A stretch of 64,000 nucleotides of DNA from the human T2T-CHM13v2.0 reference genome, Homo sapiens. Within the stretch, counting starts at the first letter, position 1, and the number at the start of each line of letters is the position of its first letter. Below are positions 1 through 16,219 of the stretch, one piece after another. Position numbers and translations under genes: made by a program. The notes below the pieces were generated by a model, which was given only the letters and a program-made list of their open reading frames with translations, was not told the origin of the DNA and did not search any database. The stretch lies in assembly GCF_009914755.1 (NCBI RefSeq), contig NC_060930.1, one strand, 5' to 3'.

Positions 1-923
1 AAGCCTTCAAGCATTGTACATTGGAAATAAGACACACTTTTCAATAAATGGTTCTGGGAAAACTGCACATCCATATGCAAAAGAATAAGATTAGACACCT
101 ATCTGTCACCATACACAAAAATCAAATAAAAATTGATTAAAGACTTAAATCTAAGACTGGAAACGATAAAAGTAGTAAAAGGAAACACTGGGGAAATGCC
201 CTAGAACATTGGTCTGTGTAAAGGTATTTTCAATAAGACCTCAAAATCACAGGCAACGAAAGCAAAAACAAACAAATAAGATTACATCAAGCTGAAAAGC
301 ATCTGCACAGCAAAGGAAACAATCAACAAAATGAAGAGGTAACCCACAGAATGGGAGAAAATATTTGCAAATTACCCATATGATAAGGGATAAATTATCA
401 GAATATAAAAAGAACCCAAACAACTCAGTAGCAAAAGAACCAATAATTCAATTTTAATATGAACGAAAGATCAGTATAGACATTTCTCAGAAGACATGCA
501 AATGGCAGACGGATATGTGAAAAAGTGCTCAGCATCACTAATAGTCTGAGAAATAAAAATCAAAACCACAATGAAATGTCATCTCACCTCAGTCAAAACT
601 GCTTTTATCAAAAAGATAGGTAATAACAAATGCTGGCAAGGATGTGGAAAAAAGGGGACCTTTGTATACGATTGGTGGGAATATAAACTAGTACAGCCAT
701 TATGGAAAACAGTATGGAAATTACTTAAAAAATTAAATATAGAACTACTATAGGATACAACAATTCCACTATCAGGTATATATCTAAAAGAAAAGAAAGA
801 AATATATCAAAGAGATATATCCACTCCAATGTTTATTGTGACACTATTCAAATAATCAAAATATGGAATCAACCTAGTACCCATAAGTAAGTGAATAGAT
901 AGAGAAAATGTGGTATATACACA

Positions 924-1698
924 TGTATCAGTCTGCTCTCACACTGCTATAAAGAACTACCTGAGACCGGGTAATTTATGAAGAAAAGAAGTTTAGTTGA
1001 CCCACAGTTCCACAGGCTTAACAGAAAGCACAGCTGAGAGTTCTCAGAAACTGATAATCATGATGGAAAGCAAAAGGGAAGCATGCACATCTTACTATGG
1101 TGAAGTTGGAGAGAGAGAGAGAGAGAGAGAGAGAAGGAGAGATAAGTCACACACTTTTACACCATCAGATCTTGTGAGAATGCACTATCATGAGAACAGC
1201 AAGGGAGAAATCCATCCCTGATATGGTTTGGCTGTGTCCCCACACAAGTCTCATCTTGAATTGTAGTTTTCATAATCCCCACATGTCATGGGAGGAACCC
1301 AGTGGGAGGTACTTGAATAATGGGGGGTGGTTTCCCCCATGCTATTCTCATGATAGTGAGTAAATTCTCATGAGATCTGATGGTTTTATGAGGGGCTTCC
1401 CCATTTGCTTGGTTCTCATTCTTCTCTCTCCTGCCACCTTGTGAAGAAGGACGTGTTTGCTTCCCCTTCTGCCATGATTGTAAGTTTCCTGAGGCCTCCC
1501 CAGCCCTGTGGAACTGTGAGTCAGTTAAACCTCTTTCCTTTATAAATTACCTAGTTTCAGGTATGGCCTTATAGCAGTGTGAGAATGGACTAATACAGCT
1601 CCCATGATCCAATCATCTCCCACCAGTACCCTCCCCTGACATGTAGGGATACAAATTGAGATGAGATTTGGACAGTTACACACAACCAATACATATAA
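924..1698 (-). mobile_element. MSTA-like MaLR solo LTR, split by a THE1 insertion (pieces 924-1218 and 1598-1698)
   Basis: Starts tgtatcagtc..ctcacactgctataaagaactacctgagac; resumes cccatgatccaatcatctcccacc; L1 sequence (atacaca) is duplicated on both sides. Confidence 0.85.
1219..1597 (+). mobile_element. THE1C/THE1D MaLR solo LTR
   Basis: Termini tgatatggtttggctgtgtcccc ... gagaatggactaataca; 379 bp. Confidence 0.92.
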
Positions 1699-2249
1699 AT
1701 ACACAATAGAATAATATTCAGCTATAAGAAAAGTGAAACCCTATAATTTCCAGCAACATGGATGGAACAGGAGGCACTTTGTTAAGCGAAACAAGCCAGG
1801 AACAGGAAGATGAACATCACATGTTTTCACTCATATGCAAGAGCTTAAAAAGTGAATCACATGAAGTCAGAGGGTAGATTGATGGTTACCATAGGTTAGG
1901 AAGGGTAGGGAATCAGGGGATTGAAAAGAAGTTGATTAATGGGTACAAAAATTCAGTTAGATAGAAGAAATAAGACCTATTATTTGATAAATAAGTAGAG
2001 TGACTATAGGAAACACTAATCTATTATATATTTCGTAATAGCTAGAAGAAAATAATTTGTATGTTTTCAGCATAAAGGAAAGTTAAATGTTTAATGTGAT
2101 GGATATAAAAATTAATCTTATTTGAAAATTATATATTATGCAAATGTATCAAAATATCACATATACCCCCAAAATATGTACATATATCATGAATCAATAT
2201 AATACATAAATAAATAAATAGACTTGGTTTCCAGAAAAAAATAAAAAAA

Positions 2250-3967
2250 AATAAATCTTAGAAAACATACAAAGGATCTTGATGATGAAAATTAAAAAGT
2301 TGATGACAGAAATGAAAGAAAACATAAATACTTCTAGGCACCATATTTATAGTTTGAAAAACTCAATATAATAAGGATGTACATTCTCTTTTAATTTATC
2401 TATAGATTTAACATATTTCTTCTATCTGTATTTCAGTAAGGGTTTTTCTTTACAAAAGCAATCTTATAAAATTTATGTGAAAAATGAAGACCCTAGAATA
2501 GCACTATTCTAGGAGAATAAAGTGAGAGAAATCATTCTTCTTAACATACTATATAGACACAGTAATCCAGATAGTGTGGTACTATTGGAGTAATAGACAC
2601 ATAGATAAATGGAACAGAATAGGAAAACCAGAAATATATCCTCACAAATATGCTGAATGAGTTTTTGACCAAGTTGCAAAAGCAATTTAATGCAAGAGAA
2701 ATTGCTTTTTAAATAAATGGTGCTGGAGCAGTTAGACATCCTTAGGCAAAAAGAGTCTCGACTAACTCTATAATACAATCTTCTACCAGAACTAACTCAA
2801 AGTACATAAGGAATGTAAATATAAAATATAAAACTATGAAATTCTAGAAAATAAATAGGTTAAAATCTTGGGCACCTAGAACTAGGTGAAGAGGTCTTAG
2901 ACATGACTCCAAAAGTATAACATGTAAAAGGAAAATTGATCGGACATCTGGAAAATTTAAAAAATTCACTCTGTGAAAGAGTTTGTTAAAAAAATGGAAA
3001 GATAAGCTGACGACTGTGAGAAAATATTTGCAAACCACATATCCAACAAAATATCTAGAATATATTAAGATTTCTCAAAACTCAGCAATAAACAATCCAA
3101 TTAGAAGATGAGAAAAAGACATAAACAGACATTTGATAGAAGAGATACTGATGCCAAATAAGCACATGCAAAGATGTGTAACATCATTGGCCATTGAAGA
3201 AATAAAAACTAAAACCACAATAAGATATGACTAATGCTCATCAGAATGGCTAAAATAAAAGCAATAATGATAACACAAACACTAGTGTGGATGTGGGGAG
3301 AGTGTCACTCATATGTGGTACATCAACTGTGAGAAATAATTTGGAGGTTATTTATAAACTAAAATGGACCTACCATATGACCTGGCAATTACCCTCTTAG
3401 GCATACATCTCAGAGAAATAACTTATTTTCCCTCAGAAAATTACGAATAGATATTCACAGCACCTTAATTTGTAGTACTCAGAAGCCCAAATGTGCTTCG
3501 GTGGTTGAATAATTAAGCAAAGGTGGTATATCTATGGCATAAACTCAGAAATAAAAGGGAATGAACCATTAATACACGCAGCAACTTGAATGAACCTTAA
3601 GGAAATTGTTTTTAATGGCAAAAAAGGCTAATATCAAAAGGAAACAGGTTGCATGTTTTCATTTACATAACACTTGTGAAATAGCTTAAGTATTGCCATG
3701 AAGTACATATTAGTTATTGCCAGGGCTCAGGGTGGGATGTAGGGTGGGTGTGGATATAAGTAGGTAGGATGAGGAAGTCTTGTGGTAATGGATGGTTAAG
3801 TATTTAATATCTTGATTTTGGTAGTGAACCAATGTCAACAGTCTGATGTTGATAATGTAAAATGGTGACATTGGGAAAGTATAGGTGAAAGGGTACACGT
3901 GAACTCCCTGTATTATTTCTTTTCACTTTACTATAAATCTATAATTATTGAAAAATTAAGTTTAAAA
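2250..3967 (+). mobile_element. Old LINE-1 (L1MC/L1MD-like) ORF2 remnant and 3'UTR
   Basis: Degenerate ORF2 motifs (aaataaatggtgctggagca, gagaaaatatttgcaaaccacatatc) and an L1MC/MD-type 3' end. Confidence 0.7.
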
Positions 3968-4710
3968 GATGAGGGTATATGTTGGTTTGTTATATATGGC
4001 TGAATTCTCCTGCAAGGGTTGTAATATTTTTCTCTGCACCAGTAATAACGCTTTTAAGTTGTCCATCTTTTTGCTAATTTTAGAGCAGAGAAATGGTATC
4101 CTAGTATTCATTTGCATTTCTCTTATTATGAATATGTTAACACAATGTCAAAGCAAATTCACATGAATCATAAAATTTTCCAACCTCAATCTTAACTAAT
4201 GATTTTAAGGATTCAAGCCAGAAGTAGACATGGACAGAATTTAGTTTTAGATGACAGGGAGTTATTCATACACTGCATCCTAATTGTCTTTTTTTTCCCT
4301 AAAGTAATGTGCAGTTTCAACTTGGATTAACAGACATTTCTGAAGAATATATGCAAATACATTGTTTTCAAAGACATCAATTTCAGTTTTGGGGCTCCCC
4401 AGCTTTATGCTTTGTTACTTACACAGATAAAGAAATGCCTATATGATTAACTCCCATCACCAGCTCTGCCTCAGAAATCCATAAGCGTTATGTTTATTTG
4501 CAATAACTGTCCTGGTGCATGCCATCTGAATAAAAAGCATTTTTATAGACTGAATCTCTGTTATTCAGCCACTTGTTTACTAGGAGATCTGATATAGGTT
4601 GTTAACCTATGTGTAAAGAAATCTGGTGTAAGTTAATAATTACCATGGACATTCTGCTTAGGGAGGGATGAAGCACAAGTCTCTGTTAATTTATTTCCAA
4701 GGAATACAGT

Positions 4711-6555
4711 TAGCCAAGGCAATCCTAAGCAAAAAGAACAAAGCCAGAGGCATCGCACTACTTGACCTCAGACTATACTATAGGGCTACAGTAACCAAAA
4801 CAGCATGGTACTGGTACAAGGGCAGGCACATAGACCAATAGAACAGAATAGAGAACCCAGAAATAAGGCCAGACACCTACAACCATCTGATCTTTAACAA
4901 AACTGACAAAAACAAGCAATGGAGTGAAGACTTCCTATTCAATAAACGGTGCTGGGATAACAGGCTAGCCATATGCAAAAGATTGAAGTTAGACCCCTTT
5001 CTTACACCATATACAAAAATCAACTAAAGATGGATTAAAGACTTAAATGTAAAACCCAAAACTATAACAATCCTGGAAGACAACCTAGGTAATACCATCC
5101 TGGACATAAGAATGGGTAAAGATTTTATGACAAAGACACCTGGTGCAACCTCAACAAAAGCAAAAATTGACAAATGGGATCTAATTAAACTTAAGAGCTT
5201 CTGCACAGCAAAAGAAATGATTAACAGAGTAAACAGGCAACCTACAAAATGTGAGAAAATATTTGCAAACTATGCATCTGACAAAGGTCTAATATCCAGC
5301 ATCTATAAGGAACTCAAACAAATTTACAAGAGAAAATCAAACAACCCTATTAAAAAGTGGGCAAAAGACATGAATAGACAGTTTTCAAAAGAAGACATAT
5401 ATGGAGCCAATAATTATGTAAACAAAGCTCAACATCACTGATTATTAGAGAAATTTAAATCAAAGCCACCATGAGATACCTTCTCACACCAGTCAGAATG
5501 GCTATTAATAAAAAGTCAAAAAATAGCAGATGCTGGGGAGGTTGTGGAGGAAAAGAACACATACACTGTTGGTGGAAGTGTAAATTAAATTGGTTCAACC
5601 ATCGTTGAAGACAGTGTGGTGATTCCTCAAAGACCTAAAGACAGAAATACCATTGGACCCAGCAATTCCATTACTGAGAGATACGGTTTGGCTATGTTTC
5701 CATTCAAATCTCAACTTGAATTGTATCTCCCAGAATTCCCACATATTGTGAGAGGGACCCAGGGGGAAGCAATTGAATCATGAGGGCTGGTCTTTCTCAT
5801 GCTAATCTCATGATAGTGAAAATGTCTCATGAGATCTGATGGATTTGTCAGGGGTTTCTGCTTTTGCTTCTTCCTCATTCTCTCTTGCTGCCACACTGTA
5901 AGAAGTGCCTTTCACCTCCCACCAGATTCTGAGGCCTCCCCAGCCATATGGAACTGTATGTCCAAGTAAACCTCTTTTTCTTCCCATCTTGGGTATGTCA
6001 TTATCAGTAGCATGAAAATGGACTAATATGCTGGGTACATACCCAAAGGAATATAAATCATTCTATTATAAAGACACATGCATGTTTATGTTCATTGCAG
6101 CACTATTCACAATAGTAAAGACATGGAATCAACCTAAATGCCCATCAGTGGTGGACTGGATAAAGAAAATGTGATACGTATACACTACAGAATACTATGC
6201 AGCCATAAAAATGAATGAGATCATGTCCTTTGCAGGAAAATGGATGGAGCTGGAGGCAATTATCCTTAGCAAACTAATGCTGGAAGAGAAAACCAAATAC
6301 CACATGTTTTCACTTGTAAGTGAGAGCTAAATGATGAGAACACATGGACACATAGAGAAGAACGACACACACTGGGGCCTACCAGAAGGAGGAGAGGTGG
6401 GGGAGGGAGAAGATCATGAAAATAACTAATAGATACTAGGCTTAATACCTGGATGATGAAATAATCTATACAACAAACTCCATGACACATGTTTACCTAT
6501 GTAACGAACCTGTGCATCCTACCTATGTACCCCTGAAATTAAAAGTAAAAAAAAA
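4711..6555 (+). mobile_element. 5'-truncated LINE-1 (about L1PA13-like), ORF2 3' part and 3'UTR
   Basis: ORF 5112-5441 matches L1 ORF2 ([20 protein letters not shown]); 3'UTR with A-tail at ~6541-6555. Confidence 0.9.
5679..6030 (+). mobile_element. THE1A solo LTR inserted in L1
   Basis: agatacggtttggc...ggactaatatg; THE1A-type tctcaacttgaattgtatctcccagaattccc; 5-bp TSD ctgag/ctggg. Confidence 0.88.
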
Positions 6556-6882
6556 TTAGAGGGTGTTGAAATTTTATTTTTATTTATACCTGGCTATTAA
6601 GAGGCAACATCTAAGCTCTTGGAATATTGTGCCTGATAAGAGTGTCTTTGTTTACTTGGGGCCTTGGGCACCCCATACAGTCTGTGTGAACAATATAATT
6701 TATGGAGTGGGCCTTGGTTCATGCAGTACCAGCCAGACCTGTGCAGGGGCTGGAGGTTCAGGTCAAGTACCCAGGAAGTCAATCATACCTATTTGACTTA
6801 CCTCCAATAGAAACTCTGGACACACTGGGCTTGAGTGTGCTTCCCTGGTTGACGATAGACTGTATGAATTGTCACATATTGT
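6556..6882 (+). mobile_element. MER21-family LTR fragment
   Basis: cctgataagagtgtctttgtttac, cctccaatagaaactctggacac, gcttccctggttg resemble MER21C. Confidence 0.65.
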
Positions 6883-9703
6883 AAAACAATAAAGTTGAGC
6901 ATTTTTTCATGTTAAAGTAGCATTTGAATATCTATTTTACAAATTTCCTTTTCATGTCTTTTGCCTGTTTTTAAAATTGTGTCTTTTCTGTTTCAGTTGA
7001 TTTTTAAGATTTTCTTTCTCAAAGGGAAACTGCAACAACACAACAACAACAACGAAAATGTACCTAGAAAGGATAAAAGGGTCCCTGGGGACAAATCATT
7101 GTGATGTGGAACCAAAATACATCATAAGCATAATTAACATGGTCCAGGACAGCATAGAACATCTATATCAGTCTTCCTTATACAATAATCACGAAAACTG
7201 ATCAATGAATTTCTTTAACATGTACAAAAAACTGTCATGGGCTGGTTTAAACTTTTGCAACAGTTTTAAAGTTAACAGGATAACTAAAGAAATGATGCAG
7301 ACATTTTAATCCAGTGCTATAGGTAGGCTCAAAGAATTAGACTCAAAGATTTGTAAAAATAAAAATGAAAACAGTATAGCTACAATGTCAAAGTCAGGAA
7401 AGAAGAAAATTTACTTCTGTATTCAAGGATTACAGTGGTACGAAATGCAGTCTGCGTGTTTTTGTTTGTAATGAGATGGATAAGTACATCAGACTAGATA
7501 CAACATGCAGAATATTTTCCTGAACTTACCCAGAAATTCTAAAGAAAACATCACGAAACAGCTCACTAGAAAAAAAAAATGCCCTAGTTATTTACCCTGC
7601 TTCAACACTGTTAACGTAAAGGCAGAAATAAAGAAAGCTATCAATACCTCAGAACTACTGATATAAGACATCACATTTCTAAATCAGTGTATTCAAAAAG
7701 TGAACACTTTCTCTTTTTTCTCTCTTCTACATTTAACTAGAATCATGTTTTAAAAAATTGATATTAAATGTGACACTTCAGAGCTACTACTAGAAGCAGT
7801 AATTCATAACTTGCCTACCCTCCTTCCATCCCTGCTGATTCAGGAGAAGGGGGAAAAAACAAAGAAAACAAAACAAAAAACTAACCAGGGTGTCTTGTAG
7901 ATTTGCTGCTATGCCACAAAATGTTGGCATTTGCTGCCATGCCACAATGTTGGTCCACTGAAATAGGATTTCTGCGGAAACTGTCAACAGTAATTCACCA
8001 TATGCAAGTACCATCCTTAGCATGTGAGAATAATAACAGGTTCTGTAGAAATGTACAATGTGCTGAAGATAATGAAAATTGTAGCACTGCATTTGAGATT
8101 TATTTGTCTACTTATCTAGTAAAACTTGTCATTTTTGCTCACTTAATTATGGTCATTTGTGATTCCTTTAAATAGCAAAAATGCACAGTGCCCTTTAGGC
8201 CTCTACTCAATAATAGTTTACATTACTCTTAACAAAATCATTCTACATAAACTGATAGCTCCTTAAAAAGAGTACTCTCTCATTAAATCTAATTTGACAG
8301 AAAGAAGTTTAAGGAAAAAAGGAGTGTTTTATAAGTGAAAAACTACAGATCTTTGGCCTTTCTCTTGACATTTTCATATGTCAAAAAGCAAAAATACCTT
8401 CAGGTAATTCAATCTAGTGATTACTTTTTGCACCATAATTTGTTTTTTACACCACAAGAGGAGTCACTTTCAGTATCTGTAAAAGGTATTTAATCCTAAA
8501 ACATACTTACCTAGAGAATAATTAAAACAATTCAATACACTCTAATATCTATTAGGAAGTTAAGAGTTACCAGTTTAAAAGTCTTTTGAAAGTCAATGAT
8601 GTTACCTGGTCAATGGCAGGAAATAGGGATTGGAACAAATATAAGAACTTATGGGATTTCCTACATGAAGGCGAAAAAAGATATTCCTTTATGTTGTTTA
8701 AAAGTAGCAGCTACTCTTTCTTTATTTCATTTTAATCAATTAGTATTCATTCAAGTTTTCCCTTCTATTTTTCCTTGTAAGTTTCTTACAGTAGCTTATA
8801 CAACAATGAATAGCAAACAAAAACTACTAGATTCAATTGATCATCAGAAATAAGTTCTCAGAAAAACACAGGTGGAAAAATGAGCGAGAATCCCAAATAC
8901 AGAAATTTACAAGGTGTGAAACTTCATCTCTTGCAATCGTGTTATTGCTCAAATTAGAGACAATCTTATTTCTATCTATTGGAGCAGCATCTTGGCACAT
9001 CAACAGGCAATGATGAGGTTGAGAACAGCAGCAAAAATAAACAATCGTATGCTCATGAAGAACCCAAGCCTACCAGATGGATGCCTTTCAGAAAAGCGTA
9101 TACTTAAAAGACCCAAGACGTCAGGATGATAAAGCTCTGTATTTATAGTCTTTTATATGTCCTTTTGTATGTCCTATTGTGGCTACTATGCTTAAGTAAA
9201 ATAGCTACAGGAAAAAAAAAAAAAGATGACAATATAATAAAAATGTAGCTGTCTCTTTTGGCAGCTATATTGCAGAATTTCTTGACTATCTTTTGATCAG
9301 CTGGGGAAAAGTCAATAACTGAATGCAAACGAATAAATTGTCCATATAAAAATACAAAAGTACTGTCAATAATCACCTCTGACTTTCAGGTTTAAATTCA
9401 GTGCAATTGACAAATGCATTGCTAAAGGAAAATGCAACTTAAAAGATACTCAAAACATTTGGGTCTATTGCTGGGACCACATTTCAAAATTCTTGCACAG
9501 ATTTTTTTTAATTTTAATTTTAATTTTTAAACAATAACAGAGATCAACCACAGATGTGGACCTCTAGCAATAAAAGCAGGAATTCAAGTGCCAGATATTC
9601 AGCATATTAGGTTTCCTACAGAAGTCACAGGTTAAGAAGTTCTAAATATCTCTAATGTGATTCAAAACCCTAAAAAGAGCTGGCACAAAACCATCGTGAA
9701 TGA

Positions 9704-10016
<313 letters not shown>

Positions 10017-10843
10017 TGTATGTAAATTTTTAAAAATATTATTACGGTATCATAGTCCCCACTAACAACAACTGGGATACATATAACAATGTATTGTGAA
10101 ATTAAGTGTATTTATAATCTCTACCAATAGCAAATGCTACCCTACCTTGGTAAAACCAAGAGTTGCTTCAATCAATGCTGTTTTGTAAAAATAGCAAAGC
10201 AACAATTGCTGAAAATCAAAGTTGCATTCCTTGGGTTAAGCCAGTTTCTACTTAAACTTTAGTACTAAAAGGCCTCAAAATAATTCATGACAGAAATAGT
10301 GTTATTAATTTGCCAAGCTCAACAATAAGGAATTCCTTGATTAAAATCTTTGAGATATAAATTTGATGACCTTTCTCTTTAGAGATGACATACCTGGATT
10401 ATACTAATCATGACAAGCCTTATTAGTCACACTTATAAACATGGCCTCATGCAATCGTTTGTCTGTATATGTTACTCTTAGTTGCATGAGAACAAGAGGT
10501 TTAATTTAATGTCTATGTCTTTAAGAAAATACTTGATATTATAAACAGAGTAAAAGACATGATAAAGTAGTGATACCGAAACAAAAATTAGCTGCTTAAA
10601 TCTATCTATATTTGAAAAAATGTTGTCACAAGTATCACAAGTGCAGAATCAGAGCAGCAGGCAGAAGGTTAGTGCAATTATACTTTCATAAAAAAAAAAA
10701 TCGCAATCACTGCTATTTAAAAACACCTTGAAGCAAGTCTTTTGTTTTAGAGATTGTTTTTTAAACTAAGGTAGCAAACATTTTGCCATGTAATGGAAGT
10801 GTTATATGCCGTTATCTTGCTTTGTATAAAGAAAACAACATGA

Positions 10844-11394
<551 letters not shown>

Positions 11395-12081
11395 AATTTT
11401 TTAAAAAGGTATTTTCTCTATGGTAATTAAAACAACAACAACAACATTTTGTGCCCTTCTAGTCTTTAATTGGTAGAAATATGTCCCCCAAAAGAAACTA
11501 TTGCATTTATGCCACATCGCCTAAAAAGAAAAAACAAACAAACAAAGAACCAAAACCAACAGAACATAATACACCTTTTATGGATGTGTCTTACAGACTG
11601 ACATGACCAAAGTCATGTTTTCATTTAATTTCCAATTCTCCCTTCCACAACATGCACCAATTGAATATGTGCTCTGGGAGCCATAAAATGTACCAAACAT
11701 CTACCTCTTCAAAAGAATGCATTAAAATATTTTAAAGAATTTTTTGTTGTTTAAAAGCTGAAAAAATATAAACAAGAAACTGATTCATTCCCTTACTTCA
11801 TGCACCCATAATCTAAACCAAAAACAAAATTTTAAAGCAAGAACAAACTACCACTGCAAGTTTTTGTGTCCATTTTCTCTGTACATACAAACTGCTCACT
11901 ACTGAAGGGAAAAAAGAATATAATCCTTGGTGTCTGCGGATTCAAAGGGGAGAAACGAGGCTGTCAGGTGGTATCCAAAAACTGGTACATGTATGTTCTG
12001 CTTTTATAATGTGTATTTTTCTCTCTTCTGTTTTTCATATCCAAAACTTCTAAATGCTATTTTAGGGGCACAGTAGATTAG

Positions 12082-12612
<531 letters not shown>

Positions 12613-12836
12613 TAGTAGCGCTATTTCCGAAAGTCTAATACACAAACTGAACCATCTGATGCACTGGCTCCAACTTTGTCTCCTGCGGCATTCCAGCAAA
12701 CTTCAAAAATTCCATCTGTTCCCCTACAGTGTGAACTAGAGCACCTGTCTGTGTGTTCCAGATGTGTACACATTTGTCAAAAGAATTGCTGGCCAGATAC
12801 CGGCCATCAGGACTGAAAGCTACACTGTACACAGGC

Positions 12837-14038
<1,202 letters not shown>

Positions 14039-14149
14039 CAGTTCTGATACAAAGAAAAAGAAAATGAGACAATTGGTGTAGTGACAGAAGATTCTTTAGG
14101 AATATAAGTAATATTAAAACAATGATTGGTTCCTACTTATACTGGACAA

Positions 14150-14418
14150 AGGCAGCCTATCAGAGTGATGTCTTACTTAGACTGTGGGTGTGATGACTGA
14201 AACTCTCTCTTTACCCTAATGAAAAGGCCATCATTTTGGGACTGGCAGAGAGGACAGCTGGAGGTTGCATGGCTCCCAGAAGGTTATGGAGCCAAGAGTG
14301 ATGGCTGATTTTCTACATATGAGTTTTATCTGAGGGAGAAAAAATCTTCTATCTTATTTAGAACATTGTTATTTTGAATCCCTCTTACAGACAACTAAAC
14401 CACTTTCCTCACTAATGT
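14150..14418 (+). mobile_element. Old MLT1 (MaLR) LTR fragment
   Basis: 3' end gagaaaaaatcttctatcttatttag..cctcactaatgt resembles MLT1J/K ends. Confidence 0.5.
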
Positions 14419-14749
14419 GTAATATATCCTGAAAGCACTAATATCCTTACTAAAAAAATCTATGTTTCATAGGTGACTAGCAAAACTGCTGAGCTTGTGA
14501 CATGTTCCACATGAAATATCTGTCAAGGGAATTCTAATGTTTTGAGTGTGTCACAGTGTTTACCCAACAACCTCCTATATATGAATTCAATTTCTCAGAT
14601 ATCTCAATCTAAAAGAAAAGGTTAGATAATGCTGTTATACTTTGAACCAAGAGAATAAATTTTCTGTTAATTTAGAAGTATATTTAAATCAGAATTATAT
14701 GAAGAGTTATCTGTTCTTTAGTTTAGCATTGATTTAGCGATACTAACCA

Positions 14750-15420
14750 GTTAAATTACATGAGATAAAACATTGGAATAAAACTGGAAGGAAGAGGTTA
14801 GATTATCATTATTAATAACTGATATGGTTGTATGCCTGGGATATCCAAGAAAAACAAATTAAAACTATCACACCAACAAAGAAAATACAGGTAAATTATT
14901 TAGACTAAATCAATACGGAGAAATGAACACTTCCCCTACATAACATTAATGACCTATTAGGAAATATTAAGATAGAATAGAATTATGCTTATAATACTAA
15001 CATAAAAGTTAAAATATTGAGGAATAAACCTAAGCAGAATATAAAAATGAATTGAAAATTACAGCAAGCTTTTGGATAGGGAGACATCATCAAAATATTA
15101 CCACTCCCAGGAGTATGTAAAATGTAATATAATCTCCATAAGTATACCAATGGGATTTTTTAGAGCACTATTTTTTTTCAAGCAGATTTTACATTTTGTC
15201 TGGAAAAATAAGTGAGGAAGAATAGTCAGAAAAACTCCAAAGATGAAGGAAATGAGAGTGCTGATCTAACCTATTTTAAAGCGTATTATAAAGCCTCACT
15301 ATTTACAGTGATGTGGTATTAGGAAAGAATACAAGTAGTAAAATAGAAGAAAACATCCAGGGGAAAAACCCAAATACATATGAACATTTAGTGTAATATG
15401 TAGGGCTATTTCTTCTCAGT
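14750..15420 (+). mobile_element. Ancient L1 (L1ME/L1M5-like) ORF2 fragment
   Basis: Degenerate ORF2 motifs (ctgatatggttgtatgcctggga, tattataaagcc..gtgtggtatt). Confidence 0.55.
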
Positions 15421-15624
15421 TTTCTTTGGAATCTCTATAAAAAATGGAAACATAACAGTTTAAAAGTAAACTAAAATAATTAAGATATCACAAATGTCAA
15501 AACTCAAAACATTAACACTGCATGTATTTCTAAGTAGTTACTTAGGGTCATAAAGAAATAAATTAGAACTTCCAAAGCAATCTTTAAAAGAATAATTTAA
15601 AATAATTCACGTGTCATACTGACT

Positions 15625-16105
15625 GTAGTACAGATTTCTACCTACTTATCCTAATCTCTGCCATCCCCTTCTTTCTTGGTAGTCTCATTCTGAATTTTTA
15701 ACATGCATATGAAAGCCTGGAATAAAGATTATATTATTAAGTCTAGTTTGCAGGTAACCAAGGTTATGATCTAAATGCTGTCCAATAAAATGTAAGCATA
15801 AGTCTTGGGTGGAAGCTTCTGAAACCTCCTTGGAGGGAATTCTTGGCTCTTCTTTGCTCCTTCTTTCTCCTTGTTCATTGGAAAGAAAACATTGTATGGG
15901 GAAAGCCAACTGGTCCTATCTTGGATCATGAGTTGGCAAAAACAAATGTATCAGAGCAGCAAAATAGAAGTAACCTGAGCCCAAGAAATTTCTAAAGCTA
16001 TGGACTGCCTACTTGGGAATTTATTTTAGTAATAGAAGATTCTATTTTGTTTAAAACAATATTTTTCAAGCTCCTTTTAGCTGGTGAACCTATTCCTAAT
16101 TGATA
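15625..16105 (+). mobile_element. MLT1J-like LTR
   Basis: ccaataaaatgtaagcataagtc, atcttggatcatgag, end cctattcctaattgata. Confidence 0.6.
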
Positions 16106-16158
16106 AACAGGTCAAGTCACTTAACTTCATCATGTTTCATTTTTCTTCAAAGAAAAAG

Positions 16159-16218
<60 letters not shown>
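16159..16218. repeat. Compound (CA)n(GA)n microsatellite
   Basis: Directly visible. Confidence 0.95.

Positions 16219-16219
<1 letters not shown>

Larger units (their letters stand above)
1..2222 (+). mobile_element. LINE-1 (L1MA-like) 3' part: ORF2 C-terminus and 3'UTR, interrupted by nested MaLR LTRs
   Basis: ORF 571-753 matches the L1 ORF2 C-terminus (NNKCWQGCGKKG..VQPLWKTVW); L1MA-type 3'UTR ending in A-rich aaataaataaata at ~2220. Confidence 0.85.

Noticed and set aside
1219-6030. Intact DUX4 sites in the THE1 LTRs
   Set aside because: The motif is mutated in both (tacttgaataa, caattgaatca).
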